The translations under genes were made by a program, and so were the position numbers. 49,204 bases of DNA from Polyangia bacterium (GTDB lineage Bacteria; Myxococcota_A; Polyangia; JAAYKL01), in the NCBI GenBank assembly GCA_050287845.1, contig JBNKCR010000004.1, forward strand, positions 1-49,204, read 5' to 3'. This document shows positions 12,701-27,700 of this stretch, piece after piece (positions within the stretch are counted from its first letter, which is position 1; each line of letters opens with the position of its first letter). The notes below the pieces were generated by a model. That model searched no databases and was not told where the DNA came from. It saw only the letters and a list, made by a program, of their open reading frames with translations.

Positions 12701-15700
12701 GTGGGAACAGGTCAACTTCTATTCGCCGGATCTGCATCCGGCGTGGCAGTGATCAGCCTTGTTGATCCGGATAAACCATCGGTGATTCGCTATCTGCGAA
12801 AAGGAAACGCAAATGGTACATCCGTATCACTGCGTGCAACGCAATTACAGCTAATCGGCAATCACCTGCATGTACGCGTCGGTTCGGAAAAGAGATTTGT
12901 ATTCGACATTTCCAAACCCTCCATTCCGCAGCTGGGATATTCCACTGAGGCGGTGGCGCATTCCGCTCAGCTCGGAGAATCAGCACGCATTGCCTCGTCA
13001 GGGGCTCCCGGCCAATATCGGGTTTATGATGCAACCAGTCCGGCCAATATCAGCCTTGTAGGCCAATATGATTCGCACTCATTCAATCTGAGCGGATACG
13101 TCAGTGCCGCATTCGGGTTGAGCACCTTGGGCGGTACCAGCGCCTATACAGATCTGAATGGTGACGAGCATACTACATCGTACATTTCGCTGTTTGACTC
13201 CAGTCGACTGGGTCAAATCGAACTGGCGGATGCTGTCGCATTTGATAGAAAGATTGTGAAATCTCTCATTACAGACGATGGGGTGGTCGTCGGTATTTCG
13301 TATCGACAGGTTCATTTCGTCGATACCATGATGCGGGATCTGGTGTCATCCTCGCCTTCGGACGGTGCGAGACATGTGGCCCGGAACAGTGCCATATCGC
13401 TGAAGTTCAGTGAAGCCTTCGCCCCCGAGGAACTGGACGATATCCGACCATTCATTTTTTTGCGTCTTGAAGATGGCACAGTGGATGGACAGATAGTGGA
13501 CTACAATATCTCCATCAGCCAGGAGAGAGATGACACGCTGATTCTCACACCGACATCTGAGCTGGCATCCGAACAGGCGTATTCAGTGCGATTGAATGGC
13601 GTGCCTGGCACGCGACGGACAGATGGGCTGTTTGATTATCAAATTTCCTTCAAAACAGCAGTGAACAGCGCGTCAGTGCCGGAAATTGTTGATGTGTATC
13701 CCACACTGGTTGCGACTACAGGTCAGCAGATCACGGTTGAAGTGCGAAACGCAGTGGTTGCCACAGAACCGGCATCTCCAAGGTTCGAAGTGAGTGGCTA
13801 CGTGGCGCCGGTCGTATCTTCTCAACCTATTGATGTTGATGTGATGTCGTTTGTGATCGATGTGCCTTCTAACACTGCGGGACCAGCCAGTCTGCAGGTG
13901 ATTAATCAGAATGATGCGTCGGATATACTTCATGGTGCGGTGCAATACATTGAACCGTTATCCTTGAAGTCGATCACGCCGACGAAGGGGCCCATGTATG
14001 GCGGTAATGTTGCAGTGATTAAAGGTGGCGGCTTTCGTCCTGGACTCGCGCGTGTGAGCGTGCAGATTGGCAATGTGTGGGTACCCGAAGATGACATCAA
14101 TGTGATTGACTCTGAGACTCTCGAAGTGACGATGCCTCAGGGAAGCCTCGGACTGGCGGATGTTACCGTGGCGCTGGATACGGGACAGAGTGAGACATTC
14201 GATGATGCCTACCGATACCTGCAGCAGGCAAAGTTGAATTTTGACAGTGGCGCATCAGATAATGTGTATGAGATGATCATTGACCCCACTGGCACCTGGC
14301 TCATTGCGGCGATGGGGACTTCCGGGGTTCGCATATTCGACATCTCTGATGGCGCGGAAAAACGACTGGTACATACAGTTCATTTGCCGGATGAGTACCG
14401 GGCAACTGGCGTGGATACGTATTTCGAGCGCGGTGTGGATCGTATTTATGTGACGGGATCCAAGCCGAACGTGACCGATGATTCCGCTTTGTTCGTGATT
14501 GGTTTCGACCCAGTGGACATGACGCAGACTACAGTGCTGGATGAGGTGCCTCTGGAATCCAATCTGGCGCGGGGAGTTGATGCCGAAAACAGTCGTACAG
14601 TGGTTGCTGCCGGTAACCGGGGGCTTGGTATTGTGGATACATTCCACGCCACAAAGGCTTACTTTAATCAATACTTCGAGTTGCCCGAAGATCATAATGC
14701 TCTGGATGTAGTGGTGGTTGAGACAGGGGCTGAAGAATCGGAGAGGTATGTTGTTGTATCTGGTGAGTATGATGTTAAGAACAATTTGCTTGTCAATGAA
14801 ACCGACATTACCACCGGTGCGTTCTATATGGTGGAACACAGTGCGCAGGAAGGATTTGCTGTTTTGGACAGCCTGCCGGTTCCCGCGGTCAGAGTAACTG
14901 TTGCTGGAGACTATGCGTACCTGGCAGCAGGCGAGCAGGGCATGGTAATTGTGAATATATCTGACCCCGCGGATATGCAGATACTTTCCAGAGTAAATAC
15001 TCATGGATCAGTGCGTGATGTGTCGGTGAACGGCAATCTGGCGTATCTGGCATTGGGTGATGCAGGTGTTGTGGCGGTCGATGTGACTGATCCCGCTCAT
15101 CCGGTGATATCGCACAGTGTCAATCTGGCGGAGAAAAATGCGGAAGCTGTTCTGGCGATGGACTATTATGTAGTGACCGAAGGGAAACGTGGCAGTGGGG
15201 ATGTTTATCTGTCTGTCAGCGATGATGTGGCGCTGAAGGTGTTCAGGGTCGACCCGGGAAATGGAATTCTGGATCGGCAACCGGACGGCACGACAAAGGT
15301 GATCGTCCGCTTCAACAAGGCAATAGATCTGCATGCACCGAATCTTGATAAATTTCAGTTGAGCGGTGCGGATGGGGAACTGCTGCCCATTAATGTAACC
15401 ATTACCAATAACGATGCCGAACTGGAACTGCTTTCCACTTCAAATCTCGAAGTGGGAGATACAGTGCTTGTGACGGTACTGCCCGGGGTAGCCAATGTAA
15501 AACCGTTGGATCCAGAAGGATATCTGACACAATACACACTCCTGCAGCAGCAACAGTTTGAGCTGATATACCGGGGCGCACGTCCAGATTTGATTGCGGT
15601 GGATTCTGTGGTGCCGCGACGCGTTCCGGTGAATTACAGCGACGAGGTGACAATCTCCGTGGCGGGCATTCCAGATGATTTGGAGCGGGTTCGCGCGTTT

Positions 15701-18700
15701 GTTGGCGGAATGGAAATGATCATTTCATCAATCCAGACCGATGCGTCGGGTGAGCGGAACGGTATCATCCATGGCGACGTGCCGCATATCATCCACGCGG
15801 GGCAATACGATGTGACGGTATTGATTGAAAAGGATGGTTTGTGGCAGTCTGCAGTTCTGCGCGGAGGACTCACCGTGGATGCCCCCATTGAGTTTGTTCA
15901 TTTAACTCCCAGTTGGGGGCCTATCACCGGTGGCACAGTGGTAACCATTACGGGAAAGGGATTTGAGCCGGGCAATACGGTGATGGATGGTTTGAATGCA
16001 ATGATAGGTGATGTACCGGTTCAGAGCATTAAGGTGTATTCCACCTGGAAAATGGAGATCGTGACCCCGGGTGGGCACCTCGGGCGCAACAATGTGCATG
16101 GGGAAGATCGGTACGGCAATAAAACGAGTCTGATGGGCGACAACGGTTTCGGATATGGTCTCAAGCGAATGTCGACCCTGAGTACCATTTTCACCCCATC
16201 CGATCTGGTTGTGGATCACGAAGCCGGAACTGCAATCACCAATGGTGGATATTTCGATGATGTATGGAGCAACAATGCGGATTTTTATCGATTTGATATT
16301 GCAGGAACAAACGGGCTAGAGGGGAAGAACGATGATTTCTATGACCCGGTGCGGGCCGCCACATTTGATATTCAGAACGCCAATCAACCGGTATGGGTGG
16401 GTAGCGCCGCCACTTTGCCCAGTGGTCCCGGGTGGCGGGATGAGCTGTTGGCAATTCTGGGATATGCAGGGGTTCGCCATAAAATCGAAAACGGTCAAGT
16501 GCTCAGTGGTCGTGAAGAGGCAATTTTTGACCAGTTGGAAGGACATCAATTTCCGACCAATGTGGATTCTGTCAGCATTTTTGCAAACGATGAAGTCATA
16601 CAAGGCATTCCTCGGAAACGTCTGTACGTTGCGAATGGTCTAAGGGGGGTGGCATCCCTGAATCTGGACGATCAGAATGGGATGCAGTTGGTGTCAGAGG
16701 CGGGCGAAAGACACATGGTGACCGACGTTTATAAGCAGGGACAACTGGTATTCGCCGCCGTGACAAACCAGATCGGTATGTGTCCCCCCCCGGGAGGCAG
16801 CGACGATTGCGCCCAGTGTCTGCACGCTGGTGTCTCCAGCGCAGCGCCGGTTATGAAAGTGAATTATGCGGTTGAACGGGACCCGGTCATCACTGGCGAA
16901 CTGTTTAATCAGGAGGGCAATCCTATAAAAGGTGCCAACACAATATTTATTGATGAAGAAGGGCAGCTGCTGGTTGGCGGACAACGTCGAGTTTTTGATT
17001 TTAGTACAGGAGGAAAATGCGCGACGCTCACTGAATCAAACTGGGGAAACCGCCCAATGTCCGAAGACGATACTGTCAGCAACAATTTAAAATCGATTGA
17101 TCTGAATGAACCAGCCAACAGTTTTGAATACACGCTATCTGGCAATCCCAGGGATGTGGTAACCTACGGCAATTATATCATTGCTGCCACGGGAACGAAA
17201 GGTGTCGATATTATACATAAGGATCGTCCTGATGAGGAACGCGTGCGCTTTGAGCTGACGCCGCAGTTGCAATCCAACACAGGAGAAGCCACCAGATTGA
17301 AGCTGATGGGCAATCTGCTGTTTATTTCAGCGGATAGCGGTGGTGTGATTATTCTGGATATTTCAAATCCAATGAGTCCCTACGTGATATCTGCCGGTAA
17401 TGTGGAAACCGTGCAGGCAGTCGATACCTACAAAGGTCGCGTTGTTGCCGTTTCTCCAGATCGCGGAATGACTACTTTTGAGTTGCCGGGAGCGATTGTG
17501 ACAGAAACCAACATTGCGGAAGGCAAAAAGATTGCTTTCGATGATTCATATGAAGTTGTTTTCAACGAATCGGTAACCCTTGCATCCATCGAAATGCCGG
17601 ATGCGGTAACGGTACTGGAGACATATACAGGATTGCCAGTGGCTGCGGAGGTGACGGCGTTGGACGGAGACGCGGAAGCTGCGCAGCGGTTTGCCGTTGA
17701 TTTTGATCGGATAGAGGGAGAATTATATGAAATTCGCATTTCCGGCGTAGAAAATTTGAGAAGTCAGACACAATGGGTGACTTTTGTTGGACATGTGGAA
17801 GCCGCTGTGGAGGAGGCATTGCAACCGATCATTCACGAAGTGGAAAATGGCTCGTTCAATGTGGATGATCAGGTCGGGCCCATTGTGGTTCACGGCGAGA
17901 ATTTCCGTAACAGTGAAGATGTCGTAGTAGCCATTGGCCGAAACAGTGTTCCATATATATGGATAGATGAATATACTCTTGAAATCGATCCGGCGGATGT
18001 TGTGGCGTTATCGTTGGGCACTGGAGATTTCAATCTGGTGGTTCATGATGAAGATTTGATGGCTTATGTATCTGGCGCGATCATTGTGGGCGCAAGAATT
18101 ACTGATACTGAATTCCATCTCTCAATAGATTCCGGGCTCGTGGAAGGCGGGCCTATTGTTGCTGTGACTGCTGATAAACAGGCCATATTACCGGGAACGA
18201 CTGTTCGAATGCGGTCTGTTGCACCGAGATGCGCACAGTGGTTGCCGGAGGACGAGCAGAGCAATTGTGTGATTGAAAGTGTAGAAGTGGCTCCGGATGA
18301 GTTTATTCCTGATCTGCTTGATGATGTGGTGGATCTGAAAACGTTCAAATTCATGATACCGGGTGTCATTACGCCGGAGCGATATGAGGTGTATCTGGTC
18401 ATCAACGGAGTGGAGGTATTTGTCGATTATTTCGTGTATAACATCGGCGAAGGTAGCGGCATCGAGCTGCCCAATTATCCACCGATGGTGATTGGCGGTG
18501 CTGAATTTGATGGTGATATTCTGTATGTCGGTGTCAAAGCGGGCACTTCGCCTACCAGCACCAACCGATTCCGAATGAAGTCCGGTCTGGAAATCTACGA
18601 TGTGGCAATATGGGAGCGACCAATTCGTATGTCTCAACTTGCCACATCGCAGCCAGTATATGGCGTGACGGTTGTGGATAATCTTGCATTCCTGGCCAAC

Positions 18701-21700
18701 GGCAGTAATGGGCTCAATATTGTGGATGTTCAGAATAAACAAAAGCCTCAGAGTCTGTGGACGTTGCCCGTACCCGGCAATATCGCAACAGATGTGGCCT
18801 TCATTGCACCCGGTATTCTGGCGATGTCGGTGAGTGACAAACAGGGAGGCGGTTATGTGCGATTTTTTGATCTGGAAGACCCTGAACTTGATCCGCCACT
18901 GACAAACGGGTTTACGACAATTTCCTTTACGGGCGGCGAACTATCCGGCGAGCCCATCGACATCGCATGGCAGGATGGTACTCTTTTTGTGCTGCTGAAC
19001 AGCGGAGAACGGCTGAAGCTTGTTCGCCTCAGTGGTATCGGTGAGACTCAGGAGCTTTCATATGTGTCCCAGTTTGTCGATCACGGAGAAATTACCGGTT
19101 CTGCGACCAACTGCTCCATGACTGTGCAACATAGTCAAGTTTCGCTGACCAATGGCGGCGATTATCTGATTATTCAACTGAATGAACAGAATGAGTACGA
19201 GACGGTATATTGGGATATTATCGGTGATGGCTCTCATGAGCTGGTGGCGTCAAGGGGAACGCAGTTCGTTGCATACAGTGAAGGGCTTCTCAACATGCCC
19301 ACACCGGATCTGGTCGTGACAAAGATTTTGCCGGTTGACGGTTCTGTCTTGAGAAATGGCGATATTGTTGAAATCCAATTCAACCATCTGATTGATACAT
19401 CTGACAGCACGATTGACGCAGGCCTATTGTTGCAGGACGACGTTGGCAACGACATCAGTGAGATGTTTGAGGTAGAAGCGATCAACACCCTTTCCGGTGC
19501 GCTGATTCAGATAACCTATCCACCGGATGGCACATACGCAGGTGACCTGTATCTCGATTTGAATACGGATATCTTCGATATATCAGGTAATAGATTGCAG
19601 TTTGCGGAGTTGCGTCACTACACGGTTGAACCTGGTATTCAACCCGAAATTGAGCGTGTGTATCGACAAACCGATGACGGTGATGCAAACAATTTCTTCC
19701 ATGGTGAAAATGGCGAGATCGCAGTGATTACCGGAAGCGACTTTGGGAATGATCCGTCGGATATACGCATATGGCTTGGAGATTCCAAAAAAGATGAGTT
19801 TGAGATTTTGCCTGGTAATATTTTATCGGTATCTGATGGTAAAATCGTGTTCGAGATTCCCATATTGAACATTACTCAGTCCATTGCGGCGCTGTCGGTG
19901 ACTGTATCCAGATCAGGGATGTCTGTTCAGCGGATGGGAGCGATTATCGTTCAACCAAGAGTGATCATTAACGACCTTTATCCTTCCAGCGGCCCGCCTC
20001 AGGGGGGGAAATTCGTCAGTATTTATGGAGCCGGATTCAACCACAACGTCAGTGTTTTTTTTGATGGAGCACTTGCCGGTGATTTGCGGGTTCGCAACAG
20101 CAATCATATTGAAGTGCGCGTGCCGGCTGGTCAGTTCGGTTATGCGGATGTATCTGTTGTGAACCAGTTATTTGCAGATGAAGAAAACGTGCTGGAAGAC
20201 GCATATTTCTACACCAATCAAGAACTGGGATCCGTTGGTTTGGATCAGGATGGCTATCATGCAAGTCCAATCGCAAAAATGGTTGTTAAAGACCAGATTC
20301 TGTATGCCGTGACAGGCGGATACTACAAGGCGATTAATACTGCGGGGTACAGTAAAAAATATACCCGTGAAGCGGGACAGCTGGTGTTGTCGGATATCTC
20401 TGATCCGGTGCACCCGATTCTCATTTCGGATTTTGTTGGAGACGAAGAGTGGCCATATCATCTCAACGATTCACTTCCGCCACATGGTTTCGAAGACATC
20501 GCACTTGAAGGCAATAATTTGTATCTTGTGGGCGGAAATCGTTTCTTTTATATGGACGTGACCCTTGCGACAGATCCCATAATCGTTCACGACGAACAAA
20601 TGAGAACTGCAGAGGGCAAACCAGATGTGGCTAAATCTCTGGTGGTTCGTGATAATATCATTTATGTTGCATGCGAGAGTGGCATTCGCGTGTACCAGCA
20701 TAGTTTGGACAATCGGATTACACAGATTAATTTCATTTCTTCCGGACAACTTGGCGGCAGTCCAGAACAGCTCCTTTTGCAGAACAGACTTCTGTGGGTA
20801 ACTCTCCCGACTGAAAAACGAGTGGTGGCAATTAATCTTCTCAGCGGTGTGTACGATGTCGTAGACGAAGTGGACACTGTGGACATGAATGGGAACATCG
20901 TCACTCCCAGTCACATTCTTGTTCGAGATAAACTGATGTTGATGTCTACCGGAGTTTCCGGGGCAGTGGTGGCGTACGACATCGGAGTTCCATTCGATGG
21001 TATGCCGGTGGCCCAAATTACCCTGAGACAACTCAGCGCTTTCAGCGAGATTAGTGCAGGAGAACTAACCATACAGGCACAGACGCTGTATGTCGCTGCG
21101 GGTCAGGGGGATCTGCAGTTGTATGATATTGCGAACTGGCTCAATAATGATTTTTCAGAAAAGGCGGAACTCCGCAATTATTTCGCGCCAGTAGGCGCGG
21201 TGGAATCAGTGGCCATCGGAAGAGGTATGATTTATGCCGGAACTGCATATCTCCTTACCAATATTGAAAACGTGCCAGTGGAAAATCCGTTCGGCTCAGA
21301 TGAACTTGGAGCAGCAGCAAACAGTGGGTATTCGCTCTCCGGTGCAATCAATACGTTTGATTATAACCAACTCGCTGTGATTGAACAGATTCCTGCGCCA
21401 CGGGCAATACATCCGGCCAACGATGCCATTGAAATCCAGTTCAACCGAATTCTCGATCCTTCGCTGCTGTCTGCATTTGGTAACGAATGGCTCAGCGTCA
21501 CCCGTATTGGTCTGCCGGTAGCGGGCTATGTCTCCAGTCAGGTGAATGGTGCGGGGACAAGGTTGTTTTTCCGTCCGCAGAATCCGTGGATCACCGGAGC
21601 TGAATATCAGGTGAAAGTGGCGCAAACAGCGGAAGATATTCACGGTGAGACGCTGACCACAGATTATGTGTTCAAATTTATTGCTGACAGTGCTGCGAGA

Positions 21701-24700
21701 CCTGTAGTGGATAATGTCACTCCCAGGGAGGGCAGCTGGCGAGGTGGCAATCAACTGGTAATTCGCGGTCGCAATTTCAATGTAAATACAACTGTTACAA
21801 TAGGTGATATAGAAGTTTTGCCGGAGAATATTCAGTGCCCGAGCGAATGGGAACTGAATGTGACCGTACCAGCTTTGTTGGCGCCGCCAGTGTCGAATCA
21901 AACCGTAGGGATTCTCGTAAGCAACGGTTCGCTTGAGACGTTTGTTGCCAATGCGTACACGTATGTTGCTGACGTGACCATAGATGAGATTGGCAGTTAC
22001 GATATTGTTACAGAACGCTTTCGCGGCTCTGATCACATTTACTATTTCAATCAGCGGGAACGTGTCGCGATTCGTGGCGCGGGGTACTGTTCGGAAACTG
22101 TGGTTCTGGTCAACGGCAAAGCGGTTGAAACCGCGGAACTGATTGACGACCATACGCTTAGCTTTATTATTCCGGACAATACTATCGGACATCTGACGGT
22201 TCAGGCGGTGAACGGCGCAGAGAGTATGTCTGCCGTGAACAGTTCGCTGATAGTTCAATTTGCTCCAGAAAAGAGAATATTCAACTATTATGGCGTTGGA
22301 TACAGCCGCTATGCTGATATTCTAGCCAGCGATGTTGGGCGGACGGTAACTGTTTCTACGACACGGGATGCGGAAGTGCCATTAACTTTGTCATCGTTTT
22401 CGGTCCCGTCGACTGAAGCCCGGGATTCAGTGAGCGCGACAGCGATGTCAGATGAATACTTGGTGGCGTATCTGGGTAGTTCAAAAGAACTGGTGGTGTA
22501 TTCGCTGGAAAATGTCTACTCACCGAAACAGCTGAATGTCATTTCGAATCCCGAACATGTCTCCCACGAACGTCTGCATGTTGCGGGGAATCGATTTGTT
22601 TCGACAGATGGTACGGAAATTCATATTGGTAATTTGATGGGTGCCAAGTGGGATGAAGTCACTCTGGATATTCAGCTTACAGGTGAGCTGGTTGACATTG
22701 CGGTTGACGACAAATATCTGTACATTCTTGGCGAATTCGGCATCGATGTGAGGGAGCTGTCCCACTGGAATGTTTCAGTATTGAACGGTATCGTTCCGCT
22801 GTCAATCACACAGCCGGAGAGCATTCGGAGAACACCTCAACGGTTGCTGGTGAGGGCAGACGATGCTGTGGAAGTATTTAGCACAGGTGAACTGGAAAGA
22901 ACCGGAAATATCACTTCTCTGGGCAAAGCATTCGGTTCGGATATTTCAGATGCGGCAATTCAGGGAGAATTGCTGGTACTTGCACAGGAAATCAATGGTG
23001 TGAAGCGTCTTGTTCTGTACGATGTGGATGCACCTGCTGTGGCCGGTCAATTGAATCTGAGGGAAATCGCATGGATAAATCGATATCTCTTTGGTCGCTC
23101 AAATCATGAAACCAGCGTTTCGCAGTTGAACTTCGAAGGTGAGTTGCTGGAATTCAGGGGCGCCAGTGGCAATTATTTCAATGTTAACATTCCACTTGAT
23201 AACCCCACTCAGACAACGCCGAAACGGTATATCTCGGGGCCAGTTGCGCCGGTTGGGTTGCAGTTTTCCGGCTTGGCAGAAGATTGGGAAAATGTGCAAC
23301 TTGATGTCTTTGATGTCCTTGGTGACTCATTTGCGGGAAGCACAGACGTAGCAGGTTCAACCATTGAATTTCAGGTGGTTGGCGATCAGTATGTGGTCGA
23401 TTCAGTATATGGTGTGCGTGTGTACAACAATCCTGTTTCGTCCATTGATGGCGGTAGTGTCAATGTGGACCTCCCATGGCATTTGCAGATGAAAACTTTT
23501 GCTGATATGCAACTGGATGTTCACAATGTATCCCCATCCCGTATCAGCACAGACCAGGAGAGAACGGTCACCATAAATGGAGCGAATTTGGATACTGTAA
23601 CATCAGTATCTCTGAATATGCTTGCCATCGAAAACTGGCAGGTGAACACGGATGGTACACAGATAGTGTTCAATGTCCAGGTCGACACGGCAGGTATATA
23701 TACTCTTCGCCTGGAGAGTGCGGATGACGCGTTGCAATTACCGGCGGCTCTGGTCGTCGATACGTATCTATCCATGCTGGATGTTTATACCGACAATGTC
23801 GGTGGAAACACAGTGATGAGTAGTTCCGGTGGTGATACGGTTGTGGTTGCGGGCACTGGCTTCGACAATGCGGGATTCGTTCTCCACGTGGTTCAGACCG
23901 GCAGTGGATACGAACCGAATGAGACAAACCGCGTTGACTCCTATATACTAAACAACGGGAATAACGATATATCCTTTGTCTCGCCGTCATGCGTATCCGG
24001 TGCGGATTACAACATTGTGATTTTGAAACCCACTACCGGGGAAATGATTTCTTCGGAAGCGCTTCTTTCCTGTGTGGACGATATTGGCCCAGTGCCAGTA
24101 TCTGTTCAGAAACTGGGGTATATCACTCCATTCCAGTTGATATTCGACGAAAACATACAAGCGCAGGATTTTACTGTCGCAGCTGACATTCTGGACTACA
24201 ACGGGCTTCCTTCAGTAGATGTGTCGAATAAATTTGAGATGCTGGTGGTCAATCGAACACTGACAGTGCGACTATTGCCTGGTGAAGTGTTGAATCACAA
24301 TAGCCTGTACACAATAACAGTGGAGGGGATATCTGACACAACAGATCAAACAAATATTTACAACTCGGGAGCGGAAATGCCCGGTCAATATGTATCGGAA
24401 TTCCGAAGTCAGGATACTCTTGCTGCGATTAATCTGGACATCACTGAAGACACAACAGGCGAGACATCGTCTCAAATTTCAAATGTCGTTCGGGACAGAA
24501 AATACATTTTTAGACCGAGCGCGACGGACAACTACACCGCACATCCGAAGTTCAATGTGCGCGTTTCTTATAATAGTGGTTTATCGTTTGGCAACACGAC
24601 AACGATTTATTGGAATCGCACTCATAGCCAATATTCGAGTTTTACGGTTGCACCCAAAGCAGCGGATACTGGTGTCGTCGTTGAGCTTACCGCCGATGAC

Positions 24701-27700
24701 AACAACGGGAACATTTCAACCGTTTCATTTCCATTCCCAATCTCCACTCCGGACATTTATCTCACATCACTCAGCACTGAACCGATGAATGTGGAAGAGT
24801 CGTCCAGAGCGGATATTATTTTCAATTATTACGGTGATGATGCAGATATGATCACTGACGGATATATGGAAATCCATGGCGTCCGATATCCAGTGGTGCT
24901 GTCCAATCTCGGTGGTGGCATTTATGAAGCACGATTGAGTTATCGTAACCCGGCGCTGGTGGACATTTCTCCGGCAAATCAGATAGATGTGTTGCTGGTT
25001 CTGGAATATGGGCAAGGTGAAACGGCAATTACCACTGGCGCTTATTCCCTGTTGGAGGATACCACACCTCCGGATATTCGAATCGTTGCCCCCGAAGACG
25101 GGACCGCAATTCCAATTGGTGTGAAAGTGGATGTAGTCATTCAGTCATTTGATACCCATGGGATTGATGAAGTCAGCGTATCGGTAAACAGCGGTACGTA
25201 TGTTCCGCTGACAGATCCCACGCGCTTTGAATACACTGCGAACACAGCGGATCCTGTACAGATTGAGGCACGAGCTGTGGATTCTTCAAACCTGGATACA
25301 ATCACTGCACCGATCACTCTTTATCCGTATGATCTAACGGCTGGGAAGCCGCGAGTTTCTATCCTATCGCCGGAGAATGGTGATGTATTCCGGGAAAATG
25401 AGCAAATTGAACTGGCAGTTGAACTGAAAAATATTACAGACGCAACTCTCAACTTTGACCTTGGCGCCGATGCACTGAATCCGGATAATCCACCATCAGT
25501 GTCTATCACCCGCGCCGAAGACGCACCAACGCGATTTACGGTTCCCGTGCAATTACCCTCGGTAGATACCAGTATGGTGGTGGTACTGCGACTTGCGGAT
25601 GATACGACCGGTGTCAGCTATAAGACTTCCGTACAGTTACTGAACGATGATATCATCGAAGAGTCGCTGCCATTGGTAGTGACACCACCTCATACCGTAT
25701 TGACGGGAACTGAGCTGCTTGTGGAAGCAATCGTGCCGGAAAATATGGTGGATTTCAACCCGACGACCACTGTCGAAGTGGAAGAGAATGCTGGTAGCGG
25801 ACAGAAGATGTCCGTGGCAGTCGGTGATGGCGAACATCGTATTCCCGTTTCCACCAATGGCGATACAGTGAATGTGACTACGACTCTGCGGGATCTTTCC
25901 GGTAATGAGAAAATCGAACAGATTTCTGTTGCCAAAGTGCCATATCTTGACGATGCAGCAAATGATACTGTTGCATACGCGAACCAGGAGGCCAGCGAAA
26001 ATGTAAATGCGATGGTTATGGTCCCGGGGTTGGGTACTGATGAAAGTGAACTTGTATTTGTGGTGAATAAGGATGAAGGGGGCTATACGGTACGTACTGC
26101 ATCGTCAGTAATCAGGCAAAATCCATTGGGTGAAGTGGTTGCGATGTTCTTTTCGGGCACTGGCCTGGTAATTGAGGAACACAATGGCGATGAAACGCCT
26201 GTTACCGAGATGGACAGCCTTGGGTTCTCACGTCGACTGATTTTCATTCCGTTGATAAACGGTGTTTTCGGGGATGCTGTTATACATCCTGTTTCAGGTG
26301 AACTGATTGGCGCCAGTGGCAATATCTTATTCCTGCAACATGGAAATTTACTGGATGCGGTGGTCATAGATGACAATGTATTCGTTCCGGTAGTTGGACA
26401 ATCGTTGAAAGGAATTATTAAGGCTGTCACCATATATGCAGACCGTTTGTATGCGCTTATTGAAGATGAAACCGGACTGGATGCGCTAGGTGGATTTGTT
26501 GTCGATGGTGATGATTATCCTGTTCTGCAGCAATTGTTCATGACAGCGATTTCGCCGGCGGTAGGTATTCATGTAGCGGATGATACTATACATACATGGC
26601 AGGGGAATACGCTGCGAACATACGCGATTGAACCGACGGATGGAGATACTGAAGAAGGAACACTGATTGAATTAGGCGAGACGGTACTCGACGGAAGTGT
26701 TTTACAAGTCAGGTCAGACAGAGATCTGTTATGGCTGCAATTGAACCGCGCCGAAGCGGATATTCGCTGGTACGCGTATCAGGCCAATGAATTGGTGGCA
26801 ACACTGTCACCTGATGTTCGGGACATCGTTTTCGGGAATGCTACGCTGTTTAAACTGGTTGTGGAAGCCGATGGCGAGATCGTGAACATTGTCCGGCAGG
26901 CAACTCTGGCATTGGATGGTGGCGATTCGATGGAAGCATCGCTGATTGAGACACCGACAGGAATACTCATCAGTACAAATGCTGATGAAACGACAATTGG
27001 TGGTGACAGTGTGTGGTTTGAATCTGGCAATGGTGCACTGCTTGCGGCTTCGCCCGTTTGGATTGACAATGCCCTTCACTGGTATCTGGAGCGCGCCACA
27101 CTCCCCTCCGGGACTATTCATGTTGTTCGGATGAATCGCGCGGGCAACACTTCCCGGGTGATTCTTGTCAGGAATGAAACACTGGATGCAACGCTGACAA
27201 CGGTGTTTCCCGACAATGCGGACAGTCTCACTCAGGGTGCATTTGCGCCAGTATTTGTGGACTGGGCAGAATCCGCCATCGGTGATGGACTTGATATTTA
27301 CCTGAATGGCGATGGTCCCATTGGCGTTTATCGCGGATACCGCGCATTCAGCGGTGGATGGATCTCTGTACCCGATATGACAACAGCCACGCTGCAGTTT
27401 GAGACGGTGTCGGGCATGGTTGGACAGGACGTGGCACTGGTTGCCAACTCATCGGACGGTGGATTCGTTCAGATATCCAGACCGATGACCAATGAAACAT
27501 TTGTCGAAAGTGGCACATTGTCTGTGGAATACACGGTGCCGGAAGCCATGAACAATGAATCCCTGCGATATGTTGAGATTCTACTGTATACCATTAATGG
27601 CATTCTGGTTGATAGGCAACTCACTGAGACCCGGGATGGAAAAGTGCTGGTGACACTGCCAGAATTGGATACCTGGATGAATCTGGAAGTGAGAGTGCGT

